Source: Desulfatiglandales bacterium (GTDB taxonomy: Bacteria > Desulfobacterota > DSM-4660 > Desulfatiglandales > HGW-15). From it: 64,000 nt of DNA. Below the pieces are notes generated by a model that was not told where the DNA came from, made no database searches, and saw nothing but the letters and a program-made list of their open reading frames with translations. Below, piece after piece: positions 26,563 to 37,408 of this stretch. The number at the start of each line of letters is the position of its first letter. Positions within the stretch are counted from its first letter, which is position 1. Made by a program: the position numbers and the translations under genes. The stretch lies in the NCBI GenBank assembly GCA_963667015.2, contig CAXXJJ010000004.1, positions 32,001-96,000 of the forward strand. The letters are read 5' to 3'.

Positions 26563-27186
26563 ATGAAAGAACCGCAGGATTCAGAAGATTTTATCAATCA
26601 GCAAAAGGCTATACTTGCGGACAATCCTGATTGCGCCAACTCACATTATAATGTGGGTGTCAAATTCCTTGAACAGAACAAACTGGATGAAGCCCTTAAT
26701 TCCTTTCAGGAAGCAATAGCAAACAGCGGCAGGATGTTCGAAGCATGGGTAAACCTTGGTTATATATATTTTAAAAAAGGAGATCTCGAACAGGTTATAT
26801 ATGCCAATGAAAAGGCTGTCGAAATAGAACCTAGATATGCGAGGGGATATGCAAATTTAGGATTTGCCTTCCTTCAAATGATGGAAGCTGAAAAAGCTAT
26901 TGATGCACTTCAAAAAGCTATTGAACTGAACCCTGATATCGCACAGGCAAAGGCAAACCTGATTAATGCCTATCTTCAAAATGATGAAATAGAAAAAGCG
27001 ATTGAGGTTGGAGAAGAGCTTGTAAAAATGGCGCCTGATTTTTCACTTGGAAATAACAATCTGGCTGTGGCCTACTATAATAATAAAGATTATGAAAAGG
27101 CTATTGAATATATGGACATTGCAATTATCCAGGGGTTTGAAGTCCATCCACAATTTAAAGAAATTCTCGAGAAACATAGAAAATGA
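26563..27186 (+). CDS. Tetratricopeptide repeat protein
   Basis: Five TPR units (AWVNLG, GYANLG, NNLAVAY). Confidence 0.88.
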   Translation: MKEPQDSEDFINQQKAILADNPDCANSHYNVGVKFLEQNKLDEALNSFQEAIANSGRMFEAWVNLGYIYFKKGDLEQVIYANEKAVEIEPRYARGYANLGFAFLQMMEAEKAIDALQKAIELNPDIAQAKANLINAYLQNDEIEKAIEVGEELVKMAPDFSLGNNNLAVAYYNNKDYEKAIEYMDIAIIQGFEVHPQFKEILEKHRK

Positions 27187-27820
27187 AACTGGCACCTTTT
27201 TTTCACAACTACGAACTGCTTGTTGATAAGGCGGAAATTGCCTTCCATAATGTTAAGGAAAAACACAATGACTGCGTAAAATGTGAGCTCCACTGTTCTG
27301 ATTGCTGTAATGCAGTTTTCGGTGTTTTTCTTGTTGAGGCACTTTATATCAAGCAGCATTTTGAGGGAATCAATGAAGATCAAAAGCTGGAGGCTCTGAA
27401 AAGGGCAAAGATTGTTGACATGGCCATTAAAGACCTTCAGAACAAGCTTGAAACCTTCAAAGACGATCCGGGAATGCAGGCCTATACACTTGCCAGGGAA
27501 AGGATACGATGCCCGCTTCTTGATGACAATGATGAATGTGTGCTTTACCATAAACGTCCCTATAACCTGCCGTGTATACGGCATTCCTACCAAAATTCAT
27601 GGCAAGACCCGTTCCTGCGGCAAAGCGACCTTTAAAAATGGCGGAGACCTATCCGATACTTGACCTGGACAGCGTTTACAGGGATTTATATATCCTTTCA
27701 AGGGATATACTGGAAGAGGCGAAGGTACAAAGCAATGACGAAGATAAGGCCTCTCTGCTTATATCGATTTCAAAAGTAATTCAGACCACAATTGATGACC
27801 TCATAAAAAAGGATTTTTAA
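27183..27820 (+). pseudogene. YkgJ-family cysteine-cluster protein interrupted by two +1 frameshifts
   Basis: CELHCSDCC...RCPLL...CVLYHKRP continues as ITCRVYG in the next frame (extra C at ~27558-27560), then ETYPILDLD in the third frame (extra G at ~27644). Confidence 0.78.
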
Positions 27821-28133
27821 AGGTTTATATTAAATAAGGCCAGATCGGTTTTACTTAAAAATTAAATGGCTTACAAAGATTCTACTTCTCCCCAGGGCCT
27901 GAGTTTATACTATTGTTTTCCATGCAAATCTGCATTTTCAGGTATGTTGCTTTCACAACTGATAATCTTATAGTCTTCAAGCAGTCTGAGTTTTATTTCT
28001 TCTTTTTTTAATTCGGATATTTCATCAAGCGTAAGATCTGACATTTTACATAATTCTTTTGTTTAATGTTGGCAGAAAACAGCAATTCAGCCTGCGATAG
28101 GAGTTTTTTAATGCCCTGATATTTAATGCCAAC

Positions 28134-28148
28134 GCAAAGTACATGCCA
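28134..28148 (-). promoter_or_regulatory. Sigma54 (-24/-12) promoter
   Basis: Minus strand TGGCATG-TACT-TTGC with exact GG-N10-GC spacing. Confidence 0.5.
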
Positions 28149-28426
28149 CCCCGAGATTTTTTTCATGTAAAAAATTAGAAATATATGCAGTTATGATGAA
28201 AGGGTTCCTGGATGGGAATATAGGGTTTCTGGAATAAATAAAAAAATATATGCGGTTATTATTTCTTTAGATATTGTTTTTGATAATAAATCCTCTGAAT
28301 CAAAAGATTCCCGGCTGAAAAGAACAAAATAGCATGTAATTTCAAAGGATTAAAAATATGCGGAAGAGCTGGTCCGGAAATATTTAAACAGTCATAATAA
28401 TGACATAGTTGTCAATGTAATGGCTA

Positions 28427-29530
28427 TTATTTTGAGCTTATAACTTTTATTGCGGCAAGAGCCAGTTCACCAATTGTTTTTTTGTCAAAAAAACCCTTAT
28501 TATAGATTTCTATGTATGTCCTGTCGTTCGAGAGTAACATCAGATCGGCGGTAGCTTCTTTTGCCTTCAGGTTTCCCATAATAATTATAGTATAAGCGAG
28601 AATCTCTGTATCTTTATCTTTTAAATAGGGAAGCAGGCTGAATCTTATTTTTTTAAATGGTTCGGGTTCTGCTGCCGTTATATTGCCAAGGGCACGCAGC
28701 ACCTCCGGCAAAAGTTCTCTGTCGGGGATGAATTTATATAACTGGGGGGTATAGGATGCATAAAGTTTTGTCGAGTTGCTTATTATATGTCCAACAGTGT
28801 CTATTGCGCCCCAGCTTGATGCCGCCGTATCTGCTACGGATATAAAAAGGTTTTTTAAAAGTTTGGATACGCTGTTGGGATCATATTTTGCTATAACAGC
28901 TGTGGCCTGCCCGAGGGCATCTGTTGCCCGGAATCTGAGAAGGTTATCTGCCGAATATATCAGGCGCTGGATAAACCTGATTATTTTTTTATCCTGTCCG
29001 GCAATTTCAATTATTCCATCAATATCATAGCCTGAGACAAGTCTTTCAATATCATCCTTGGACAGCCTGCTTTTTGGCTTTTCCCTGGCTGGTCGGGATA
29101 CCGGATGGATCGATTTTTTCTCAAGTTTTTTCCTGAACCCGTCTTCAGTTACTTCAAGAACATCCTCATGAAGCTTAACAAAGTAAAGTACCCCGGTTAC
29201 ATTACGACCTTCATATGCTCCGCTGTGTACAATCAGGTGACTCTGGTAGTCATATTCTTCAAGTTCTGCAACAAGGTAATCATCTTCCGGAAGCAGATCC
29301 CATGCCAGGTCCCAGTCGCCGTTACAGGCAAAAACGAGGGCCTCTGACATTGCAGTGCCAAGATTATGTCCTGTTACATCGCATGTATATACCGCACCGC
29401 ATTCACATGCGCCAACAGGCATTTCCTGAGGCATTCCGATATCCAACTCTGATGGTTTTTTGAGATATAGTCCACAGAATGGGCATGATGGTTTGTTTAC
29501 TACTTCTCTTCCTTTAAATCTGCCTTCCAT
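28427..29530 (-). CDS. Zn-binding N-domain plus HEAT/PBS-lyase-like repeat protein
   Basis: CPFC...CECG N-terminus; helical repeats (RATDALG, VLRALGNI, IMGNLKA). Confidence 0.7.
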   Translation of the reverse strand: MEGRFKGREVVNKPSCPFCGLYLKKPSELDIGMPQEMPVGACECGAVYTCDVTGHNLGTAMSEALVFACNGDWDLAWDLLPEDDYLVAELEEYDYQSHLIVHSGAYEGRNVTGVLYFVKLHEDVLEVTEDGFRKKLEKKSIHPVSRPAREKPKSRLSKDDIERLVSGYDIDGIIEIAGQDKKIIRFIQRLIYSADNLLRFRATDALGQATAVIAKYDPNSVSKLLKNLFISVADTAASSWGAIDTVGHIISNSTKLYASYTPQLYKFIPDRELLPEVLRALGNITAAEPEPFKKIRFSLLPYLKDKDTEILAYTIIIMGNLKAKEATADLMLLSNDRTYIEIYNKGFFDKKTIGELALAAIKVISSK

Positions 29531-29599
29531 AATACTCTTTCTCTTCTGATGCTGAATAAGTCTATCAAAAATTTCAATTAGTTTGATTGTGGTGGTGTC

Positions 29600-29854
29600 T
29601 TAAAGATCAAGGTCTATCGAGGCACCCTCTTCATCAAATTCAAAGTCTGATATCATAAAATCTGATCCGATGGATTTAAACCTTATATTCCATTTCTGAT
29701 ATTTATCGCCTGCAAAACTGCAGTTGATTGTCCCAAGCCTTGCTCCCAGTTTAATAAGTTTTGGAACGATCTCATCATCAAATAATTCACCAATAAGGAT
29801 CTTTTCATCTTCATCCAGATCAGGCTGGTATTTTAAAGAACCGGGTGAAGTCAT
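29600..29854 (-). CDS. Hypothetical protein
   Basis: Co-oriented between the FmdB-like and HEAT genes; ATG at 29854 avoids overlap with the upstream gene. Confidence 0.6.
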   Translation of the reverse strand: MTSPGSLKYQPDLDEDEKILIGELFDDEIVPKLIKLGARLGTINCSFAGDKYQKWNIRFKSIGSDFMISDFEFDEEGASIDLDL

Positions 29855-29874
29855 GGGATAATATACTTTTCCTG

Positions 29875-30120
29875 TTATCTGGTTGGACCTGGTATGTCGA
29901 GGGTCATACATTTATTTGATCCGCCACAGGATTTAGTTGTAACCGATGTCTGTTTTCCACCTGCACCTTGTCCCATGGCATAATTGGTCTCGCTTACTAC
30001 ACGTCCCACTGATTTAGATTTACATGCCGGGCATGAAAGATCGACTTTTTCGTCACTGTTAAAGAATAACTTTTCAAAGGTATTGTTACAATCAAGACAT
30101 TTAAATTCATAAATGGGCAT
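29875..30120 (-). CDS. FmdB-family zinc ribbon protein
   Basis: MPIYEFKCLDC...CPAC; AAGGAG RBS. Confidence 0.88.
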   Translation of the reverse strand: MPIYEFKCLDCNNTFEKLFFNSDEKVDLSCPACKSKSVGRVVSETNYAMGQGAGGKQTSVTTKSCGGSNKCMTLDIPGPTR

Positions 30121-30418
30121 TCTTTACTCCTTGATTAAATCTTCATTAATTAGATCGACAATATAATTCCTTTGAACCTTAATGTCAATTTTATCACAGG
30201 GATACCTGATTAAACTTTCCTTTCAAGCAAACAATACAGCTGGAAGGCTGATTCTTATTGACTCTCCTTACTTAAATCTTTTAAAAGCATTAAGCCTTAT
30301 GACAGTTTTATATGGATGCTGATATAAATTATTGGGGTATTTATGTTTCATCTGATATGGTAAATTCATGTATTGACAATGGACACCCTGTTATTCGAAT
30401 GGACGATTTTTTAATATA

Positions 30419-30631
30419 ATGACGGAAAAAATGAAAATATTTGTAAACGATGAAGAGTTGCAGTTTTCCGGGAATACACTTGCTGATCTTTTGACCAGCC
30501 ATGGTTTTATTGAGAGTCAGGGCATAGCTGTCGCAGTAAATGAAACGGTTATTTTACGGAAAAAATGGAGTTCATGTATTCTTGGTGAAGGGGATACCGT
30601 TCTGATTATAACACCGGCCCAGGGGGGATAA
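30419..30631 (+). CDS. thiS: Thiamine biosynthesis sulfur carrier
   Basis: ~70 aa, IAVAVNE, C-terminal GG. Confidence 0.93.
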   Translation: MTEKMKIFVNDEELQFSGNTLADLLTSHGFIESQGIAVAVNETVILRKKWSSCILGEGDTVLIITPAQGG

Positions 30632-30638
30632 AAATCCT

Positions 30639-31238
30639 ATGGAAATTGTGCTTATCTCTTGTCCGAATCATATTGAAGGTGAAATCGACCTGATTAACAG
30701 TATGTTTGAACATGGACTCAATACCTTTCATCTAAGAAAACCGGATTATCATGAGGAACAGATAACGGATTTTCTGGAACTGGTAGAACCTGTTTTTCAT
30801 TCCCGTATTATATTGCATTCCTCTTTTGGGCTTTTAAGACGATACAGGCTTGGAGGCGTTCATATTCCGTTTGCAATGGCTGTAAAAAGTAATATTATCC
30901 AGCTTAAAAGAGATAAAAAAATCAGCATAAGCAGTTCTTTTCACTCACTTTATGAAGTGAAGGAAAAAAATGAATATATTGATTATGCCTTTTTAAGCCC
31001 GATTTTTGACAGTATTTCAAAAAAGAACTATAAAGCAGGATTTGATTGCACCGAGTTACACAGGGTGCTGCAGAGGGTTAATACAAGGATGGTCGCCTTG
31101 GGAGGCTGTAAAGCCTTAAATCTAAGCCATATTAAAGAGCTAGGATTTTCGGGTGCTGCTGTTCTGGGAGCCGTATGGAACAGTTCTGACCCGCTCGTCA
31201 GTTATCTCGAAATTAAAAAAACTGCCGAAAAGCTTTGA
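30639..31238 (+). CDS. thiE: Thiamine phosphate synthase / TenI-like protein
   Basis: [40 protein letters not shown]; within thi operon. Confidence 0.7.
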   Translation: MEIVLISCPNHIEGEIDLINSMFEHGLNTFHLRKPDYHEEQITDFLELVEPVFHSRIILHSSFGLLRRYRLGGVHIPFAMAVKSNIIQLKRDKKISISSSFHSLYEVKEKNEYIDYAFLSPIFDSISKKNYKAGFDCTELHRVLQRVNTRMVALGGCKALNLSHIKELGFSGAAVLGAVWNSSDPLVSYLEIKKTAEKL

Positions 31239-31258
31239 GCAGTATTAATAGGAATTTT

Positions 31259-32029
31259 ATGGATAAATTATCAATAGGAAACAGGGAGTTTGATTCCAGG
31301 CTCTTTGTGGGAACTGGAAAATTCAGTTCCAATGAGATTATGGGAAAGGCGGTTGCAGCTTCTGCTTCTGAACTTGTGACCGTAGCACTTAAGAGATTTA
31401 ATATTAATGATAAAAAGGATGATATGCTTAAACACCTGAAAATTCCGGGTGTCAGCCTGCTTCCGAATACATCGGGTGTAAGAACGGCAAAGGAAGCTGT
31501 TTTTGCAGCAGAACTGGCCAGAGAGGCATTGGAAACCAACTGGCTCAAGCTGGAGATTCATCCTGATCCCAGGCATCTTCTTCCTGATCACAGGGAGACG
31601 CTGAAGGCATCAGAAGAACTTGTTAAGAAGGGCTTCATTGTGCTTCCCTACATCAATGCGGATCCCGTATTCTGCAAGCAGCTGGAGGAGACCGGTGTAG
31701 CAGCCGTAATGCCGCTGGGAGCACCCATTGGAAGCAACTCAGGCCTTAAGACAAAAACAATGCTTGAAATAATCATCGAGGAGAGCAATGTTCCGGTTGT
31801 TGTAGACGCCGGAATTGGGGCTCCTTCTCAGGCTGCCGAAGCAATGGAAATGGGTGCCCATGCAGTTCTTGTCAATACAGCCATCGCCATTGCAGAAGAT
31901 CCTGTAGAAATGGCCGTGGCCTTCAAAATGGCCGTTATGGCAGGCAGGAAGGCACGCAATGCAAGGTTAGGCAGGATATCAGACCTTGCAGTGGCAAGCA
32001 GCCCTTTTACATCGTTTCTGGACAATTAA
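31259..32029 (+). CDS. thiG: Thiazole synthase
   Basis: [40 protein letters not shown]. Confidence 0.96.
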   Translation: MDKLSIGNREFDSRLFVGTGKFSSNEIMGKAVAASASELVTVALKRFNINDKKDDMLKHLKIPGVSLLPNTSGVRTAKEAVFAAELAREALETNWLKLEIHPDPRHLLPDHRETLKASEELVKKGFIVLPYINADPVFCKQLEETGVAAVMPLGAPIGSNSGLKTKTMLEIIIEESNVPVVVDAGIGAPSQAAEAMEMGAHAVLVNTAIAIAEDPVEMAVAFKMAVMAGRKARNARLGRISDLAVASSPFTSFLDN

Positions 32030-32051
32030 TAAAAAGATTAACGGATATTAT

Positions 32052-33164
32052 ATGAGTTTTTCCGAAATATACAGAAGTTACAACTGGTATGATATTAAGG
32101 CTCAGATATATAAAAAAGAGTCCTGTCATGTTGAAACTGCCTTGCATAAAAAAGGCACCCGGAATCTGGATGACCTGATGGCCCTTCTATCTCCTGCCGC
32201 AGGATCTTATCTTGAAGAGATGGCAGGACTCAGCCACGATCTCACACAAAAAAGATTTGGAAAAACGCTTCAGATGTATATCCCTCTGTATCTTTCCAAT
32301 AAATGCAGCAATAACTGTGTATATTGCGGTTTTCGTAATGAAAACAGGATTAAACGTATAACACTCACAGAAGATCAGATACTGAATGAAATAAAGATTA
32401 TAAAATCCTATGGTTTTGATCATGTCCTGCTGGTTACCGGAGAGTCAAACAGGAATGCAGGGATAGACTACTTTGAAAAGGTCATCAAGCTGATAAGACC
32501 CTACTTCTCACATATTTCAATGGAAGTGCAGCCAATGAACCGGGATGATTATTTTCGGCTGACAAAACTGGGATTGAACACCGTACTTATTTACCAGGAG
32601 ACCTATGGAAAGCATTATCCCGAGTTCCACCCCGGCGGAAAAAAATCCGACTTTTTTTACAGGCTTGAAACCCCGGACAGGCTCGGGTCTGCCGGTGTTC
32701 ATAAAATAGGCTTAGGATGCCTTCTTGGGCTGGATGACTGGAGGACAGATTCGTGGTTTGTCGGACTTCATGTTGATTATCTCGAGAAAAAATTCTGGAA
32801 AACCAAATATTCCATTTCTTTTCCCAGGCTGAGGCCTGCCACGGGAATTATCGAGCCAAGAGTCATCGTCTCTGACAGGGATCTTGTCCAGCTGATATGT
32901 GCATACCGTATTTTTAATGAAAATCTGGAACTTTCCTTGTCTACAAGAGAATCCGAAAAGTTCAGAAACAATGCAATTAAGTTTGGTATCACATCCATAA
33001 GCGCCGGATCAAAAACCGAGCCTGGCGGATATTCGGCTGAAACCAGCGAACTTGCTCAGTTTGAGATAAATGACAGCAGGACTCCCAGGGAAATTGCAGA
33101 TATGATCAGTAAGCAGGGATATGAACCGGTATGGAAAGACTGGGATATCCATTACGGAATATAA
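32052..33164 (+). CDS. thiH: 2-iminoacetate synthase (radical SAM)
   Basis: YIPLYLSNKCSNNCVYCGF, YQETY, ISFPRLRP, LSTRE, PVWKDWD. Confidence 0.95.
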   Translation: MSFSEIYRSYNWYDIKAQIYKKESCHVETALHKKGTRNLDDLMALLSPAAGSYLEEMAGLSHDLTQKRFGKTLQMYIPLYLSNKCSNNCVYCGFRNENRIKRITLTEDQILNEIKIIKSYGFDHVLLVTGESNRNAGIDYFEKVIKLIRPYFSHISMEVQPMNRDDYFRLTKLGLNTVLIYQETYGKHYPEFHPGGKKSDFFYRLETPDRLGSAGVHKIGLGCLLGLDDWRTDSWFVGLHVDYLEKKFWKTKYSISFPRLRPATGIIEPRVIVSDRDLVQLICAYRIFNENLELSLSTRESEKFRNNAIKFGITSISAGSKTEPGGYSAETSELAQFEINDSRTPREIADMISKQGYEPVWKDWDIHYGI

Positions 33165-33352
33165 GCTCATTTTAAGACAATAATCTGCCGTGGTTTGTCA
33201 TAACTTTGACAGAATTGAGATGTATTTTGATATGCTTGTACTGTCTGTCTGATGTCCTAAATATCTCCTATTATGCAATTTGCCTTTATCCAGGTGCTAT
33301 TTCACATTCTGTTTACCCTCTTTGTACCCATTCATTGATTTCATGCGGTTAG

Positions 33353-33367
33353 TGGCATATTCTTTGC
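33353..33367 (+). promoter_or_regulatory. Sigma54 promoter of the MCP gene
   Basis: TGGCATA-TTCT-TTGC ~100 nt upstream of the start. Confidence 0.6.
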
Positions 33368-33467
33368 AAAACAATACCATGATCACTTGCACAGATGATG
33401 CTAAATTCTATTTTATGCCAATCCTTTTTTAGTGCAAATAAAGGATCGTAAAAAAACGGAGGTCAAA

Positions 33468-35477
33468 ATGAAGCTTAACTTACGGAATAAGTTACTACTG
33501 CCCACACTTTTATTTGTAATCGTCGCGATGATTATATCGACGATGGTTTCATATAATTATTCGGAGAGTGCACTCCATAATTCTATAGAGGCCCAGATCA
33601 GTGAGGTCACAAATGGTGCAACCAGTCAATTAACATCATGGCTGGAGGTATTGCGTTTTGATCTGGAGAAGATGTGTCAGATACCGGAGGTAAATGGCGC
33701 CCTGGATCCGGATGAAACCATGGCAATACAGTCCAGGGAATATTCCGGAGAAATGCTGTCCAATGAGAAAAAGAAATCCAAATATCTTGAATATATAGGG
33801 GTAACCGACCTTACTGGAAAGGTAGTGACCAGGTCTATTTCCATGCCTATTGATCCTGCCAATCCGGTTAAAAATGAAACCCTTGATTACAGTAAGGAAG
33901 AATGGTTTAAGGGTGCAGTTAAGGGAGAAGTACAGATCTCCAGCGCAAAAATCGATTCGATGATATCAAAACTGGTGTTTATTGTAGCTGTTCCTGTATA
34001 CCATATGGATTCAGTTACCCTCACAATGAGTGATGATATAGCTGGTGTGCTTTTTTCCATGGTTGATCTTGGATATTTCACTAAAAAACATATTGATAAT
34101 ATCAATTTTGGTGAAACCGGTTATGCCTTTATGTTTGACAAAACCGGTATAACTATTGGGCATCCTGAACAATCCCAGGTACTTAAACTGGATATGACCA
34201 AAGAAAAATGGGGACAGGAGATGATGGAAAAGAAAAACGGCATCATTACCTATACCTTTAATGATCTTGAGAAAATTGTTTCCTATAAAACCGAACCCAT
34301 GTCAGGATGGACAGTAGCCGCAGGAGTCGGGACTGATGAAGTATTTGCCCCGGTTAAGAAGATACGTAATATAAGCCTTATACTGGCTCTGATTGTTGCC
34401 CTGGCCATTGGAATAGGGATGTGGTTTTTGACAGGTTTTGCTGTTGTTAAACCCATATCCGAAGTAGTGGATGGATTAAAGGATATTGCAGAGGGTGAAG
34501 GCGACCTCACAAAAACTCTTAATATAAACAGTGAGGATGAAGTAGGGGAGCTGGCAAAATGGTTTAACACCTTTATGGAAAAACTGCGGGCTATTATTAC
34601 CGAGATAAGCGGAAATGCAGATTCAATGACCTCAGCCTCTGTTGATCTCTCGAAACTTTCCGGCAATCTTTCAGAGGGTGCAGATCTTACATCCGGAAAA
34701 TCAAATACAGTTGCCACGGCAGCCGAAGAAATGAGCTCCAACATTAATTCAGTTGCAGCTGCCACAGAACAGGCCTCGACCAATATGAACCTGGTTGCCA
34801 CGGCAGCCGAAGAGATGACCTCGACAATTAATGAGATCGCCCAAAATTCCGAGCACGCAAGGAACATTACCCAGGATGCCGTTAAGCAGGCTGATGACGC
34901 CTCTCAGAAGATTGATGAACTGGGAAGGGCTGCTCAGGAAATCAGCAAGGTAACAGAGACAATTACCGAGATTTCTGAACAGACAAACCTTCTTGCCCTT
35001 AATGCAACCATCGAGGCCGCCAGGGCAGGTGAAGCAGGAAAGGGTTTTGCGGTTGTTGCAAACGAGATCAAAGAACTGGCAAGACAGACAGCAGAGGCAA
35101 CTCAGGATATCAAGGACAGGATCGAAGGCATACAGAAATCAACCTCACTGTCAGTTAAACAGGTTGAAGGAATATCCAAGGTAATCAATGATGTTAATGA
35201 GATTGTATCAACCATTGCTACGGCAGTTGAAGAACAGTCTGTTACTACAAGAGAAATAGCCGGCAATGTTGCACAGGCATCAAACGGGATGCAGGAGGTC
35301 TCTGAAAATATCGCCCAGAGTTCTGCAGTGTCAAGCGAAATAGCAAGGGATATTGCCGATGTAAACCAGTCTTCAAATGATATCTCAAACAGCAGTTCCC
35401 AGGTTGACATGAGTGCCCAGCAGCTTTCAAAGCTCGCTGAACAGCTGAAAGAGCTGGTGGGTAAATTTAAGATATAA
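33468..35477 (+). CDS. Methyl-accepting chemotaxis protein (dCache-HAMP-MCP signal)
   Basis: Two TMs, GETGYAF cache motif, [45 protein letters not shown]. Confidence 0.96.
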   Translation: MKLNLRNKLLLPTLLFVIVAMIISTMVSYNYSESALHNSIEAQISEVTNGATSQLTSWLEVLRFDLEKMCQIPEVNGALDPDETMAIQSREYSGEMLSNEKKKSKYLEYIGVTDLTGKVVTRSISMPIDPANPVKNETLDYSKEEWFKGAVKGEVQISSAKIDSMISKLVFIVAVPVYHMDSVTLTMSDDIAGVLFSMVDLGYFTKKHIDNINFGETGYAFMFDKTGITIGHPEQSQVLKLDMTKEKWGQEMMEKKNGIITYTFNDLEKIVSYKTEPMSGWTVAAGVGTDEVFAPVKKIRNISLILALIVALAIGIGMWFLTGFAVVKPISEVVDGLKDIAEGEGDLTKTLNINSEDEVGELAKWFNTFMEKLRAIITEISGNADSMTSASVDLSKLSGNLSEGADLTSGKSNTVATAAEEMSSNINSVAAATEQASTNMNLVATAAEEMTSTINEIAQNSEHARNITQDAVKQADDASQKIDELGRAAQEISKVTETITEISEQTNLLALNATIEAARAGEAGKGFAVVANEIKELARQTAEATQDIKDRIEGIQKSTSLSVKQVEGISKVINDVNEIVSTIATAVEEQSVTTREIAGNVAQASNGMQEVSENIAQSSAVSSEIARDIADVNQSSNDISNSSSQVDMSAQQLSKLAEQLKELVGKFKI

Positions 35478-35501
35478 GATCATTTTACCTCATCTGTAAA
35501 T

Positions 35502-35535
35502 AAAAAACGCCCTGCCAGACCGGCAGGGCGTTTTT
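35502..35535. terminator. Bidirectional intrinsic terminator
   Basis: AAAAAACGCCCTGCC-AGACC-GGCAGGGCGTTTTT. Confidence 0.85.
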
Positions 35536-35617
35536 GCTTTAATGACATTGATGTTCAATTTACAAACAGGGATTTTTGTGCAATACTTCGCACTTTATTT
35601 TAAAGGAAATGGGTCCC

Positions 35618-36898
35618 ATGAGAACCATATTTGCATATATTATCCTGATGGTTACACTGAATTTTTCTCCTGTAGTATCTGCATCTTCACCTGAAGAGGC
35701 AAAGGAAGACTATTTTTTTACCCATGATATGCTTTCATGTCTGGATTGCCATTCTTATATAAAAGAGAATCAGGATCATCCGTCAATTGAAGACTCAAAT
35801 GAGTCATGTATGGAATGCCATGAGGGATCTTTGAGAGCCTCATCTGCAAGCAAACATAAAGTCAAATGTTTGAATTGCCATTCCCGTCATCCTGAAAAAA
35901 TATCAAATGATGCGCATATTAATGTGCCCTGCAGGGCATGTCACCTTTATGGAATAAAGTCTGTTAAAGAAACGGAAAACAATGTATCCTTCTGGAGATA
36001 TAAAGAGGACCCTGCGTTTGAATATAGTCCCCATCGAATTGTAACAGAAAAGGAAGATATATGTTCCAGGTGTCATTTTAAGGGGAATACTCTTGGCGCC
36101 CCGGATCAAAAGTTACCTGCAAAGAGTTTTATCTGTATGCCATGCCATGCTGCTACCTTTTCCATGGGCGATATTTCGTCGGTAATCGCAGTTATTATCT
36201 TTATGGTCGGTATTATAAGTATTATCTGTATGTGGCTTGCTGCAGGTAAAGGTCACAGCAGATATAATGGAAATGAATCTGCCAGTTTATTATGTGCAAT
36301 CAAGGGCTTGATTTCTGAAGGAGTTTTCCAGAAGAGACTGTTAAGGGTTTCATTCAGAAGATGGATTATACATGCGATGATTTTTTTCCCCTTTGTTATT
36401 CGTTTTCTCTGGGGAATAGCTGCCCTTGTTGCGTCACTGCTTTCCCCTGAATGGAGTACTGCATGGATAATGCTCGACAAAAATAATCCTGTTACAGGTC
36501 TGGTTTTTGATATTACAGGTCTCTTGATACTCACGGGCGGGTGCATGATCGTTATTGAAAAAAGGACAGATAAAAAGTTGATCAACATTAAAAATCTGCC
36601 AAAAAACAATGTTTTTGTTAACATCCTGCTTGGGGGTATGATTTTTACAGGTTTTATTGTTGAAGGTGTAAGGATAACAATTACAGGCAGTCCCGAAGGT
36701 TCACAATTTGCCTTTATCGGCTATGGAATCAGCAGGATTTTAATAGGTTATCACCTGAATGGAATCTATGTATATCTGTGGTACCTGCATGCTTTTATGA
36801 CAGCCCTGTTTATTGCATACCTTCCATTCAGCAGGATGTTTCATATTTTTGCTGCCCCTTTAAGTCTGTTTATAAGGGGAACATCCTCAAAAAGATAG
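35618..36898 (+). CDS. Hexaheme cytochrome c fused to a NarI/DsrM/HdrE-like membrane cytochrome b domain
   Basis: Signal peptide; six CxxCH (CLDCH, CMECH, CLNCH, CRACH, CSRCH, CMPCH); TM domain with RWIIH, TGFIVEG, YLH...YLPFSRMFH; start could be 35609. Confidence 0.82.
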   Translation: MRTIFAYIILMVTLNFSPVVSASSPEEAKEDYFFTHDMLSCLDCHSYIKENQDHPSIEDSNESCMECHEGSLRASSASKHKVKCLNCHSRHPEKISNDAHINVPCRACHLYGIKSVKETENNVSFWRYKEDPAFEYSPHRIVTEKEDICSRCHFKGNTLGAPDQKLPAKSFICMPCHAATFSMGDISSVIAVIIFMVGIISIICMWLAAGKGHSRYNGNESASLLCAIKGLISEGVFQKRLLRVSFRRWIIHAMIFFPFVIRFLWGIAALVASLLSPEWSTAWIMLDKNNPVTGLVFDITGLLILTGGCMIVIEKRTDKKLINIKNLPKNNVFVNILLGGMIFTGFIVEGVRITITGSPEGSQFAFIGYGISRILIGYHLNGIYVYLWYLHAFMTALFIAYLPFSRMFHIFAAPLSLFIRGTSSKR

Positions 36899-36983
36899 AA
36901 GCAGTTTTTCAGCTTGTAATGAAGATACTTACAGTTTGAAAATATAAAGTAATTTTGGATCAATAATAGAAGAGGAGAGCATT

Positions 36984-37406
36984 ATGGATATACAGGGATA
37001 TAATATACCTGAAGATCTTTATTATGAAAAAAATCATTTCTGGGTTAAGGCAGAAGGGGACCTTCTTGTTATGGGAATGGATGATTTCGCCATAAAAATG
37101 GCCGGCGAAATAGTATATGTACAGCTGCCGGCCGAGGGTAAAAAAATTATTGCCGGTAAAAAGTTTTCCAAGATTGAATCCGGAAAATGGCTCGGAAAGG
37201 TATACGCTCCTGTAGATGGTGAACTGGTTGAATCAAATGAGGCACTGGAAGAAAACGCGACCATTATTAATGAAGATAATTACGGGGCAGGATGGATGTT
37301 CAAGATAAAACCCGACAACATGGGAGATATCGATAATCTTATTCATGGTTCAAGTGATATTGAAGCGTGGATACTGGAAGATATAGAGAAGTATAAAGAA
37401 GTATAG
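36984..37406 (+). CDS. Glycine cleavage H-like lipoyl carrier protein
   Basis: NHFWVK, GMDDFA, IESGKW lipoyl-Lys motif, INEDNYGAGWMFKI. Confidence 0.88.
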   Translation: MDIQGYNIPEDLYYEKNHFWVKAEGDLLVMGMDDFAIKMAGEIVYVQLPAEGKKIIAGKKFSKIESGKWLGKVYAPVDGELVESNEALEENATIINEDNYGAGWMFKIKPDNMGDIDNLIHGSSDIEAWILEDIEKYKEV

Positions 37407-37408
37407 TA

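Noticed and set aside
30190..30230. ACCTGAT upstream of thiS as part of a TPP riboswitch
   Set aside because: The CTGAGA element and flanking stems are missing
34283..35430. Long antisense ORFs and near-repeats (GTTGCCACGGCAGCCGAAGA twice) within the MCP gene
   Set aside because: Shadow ORFs and the normal heptad/methylation-helix repetition of MCPs
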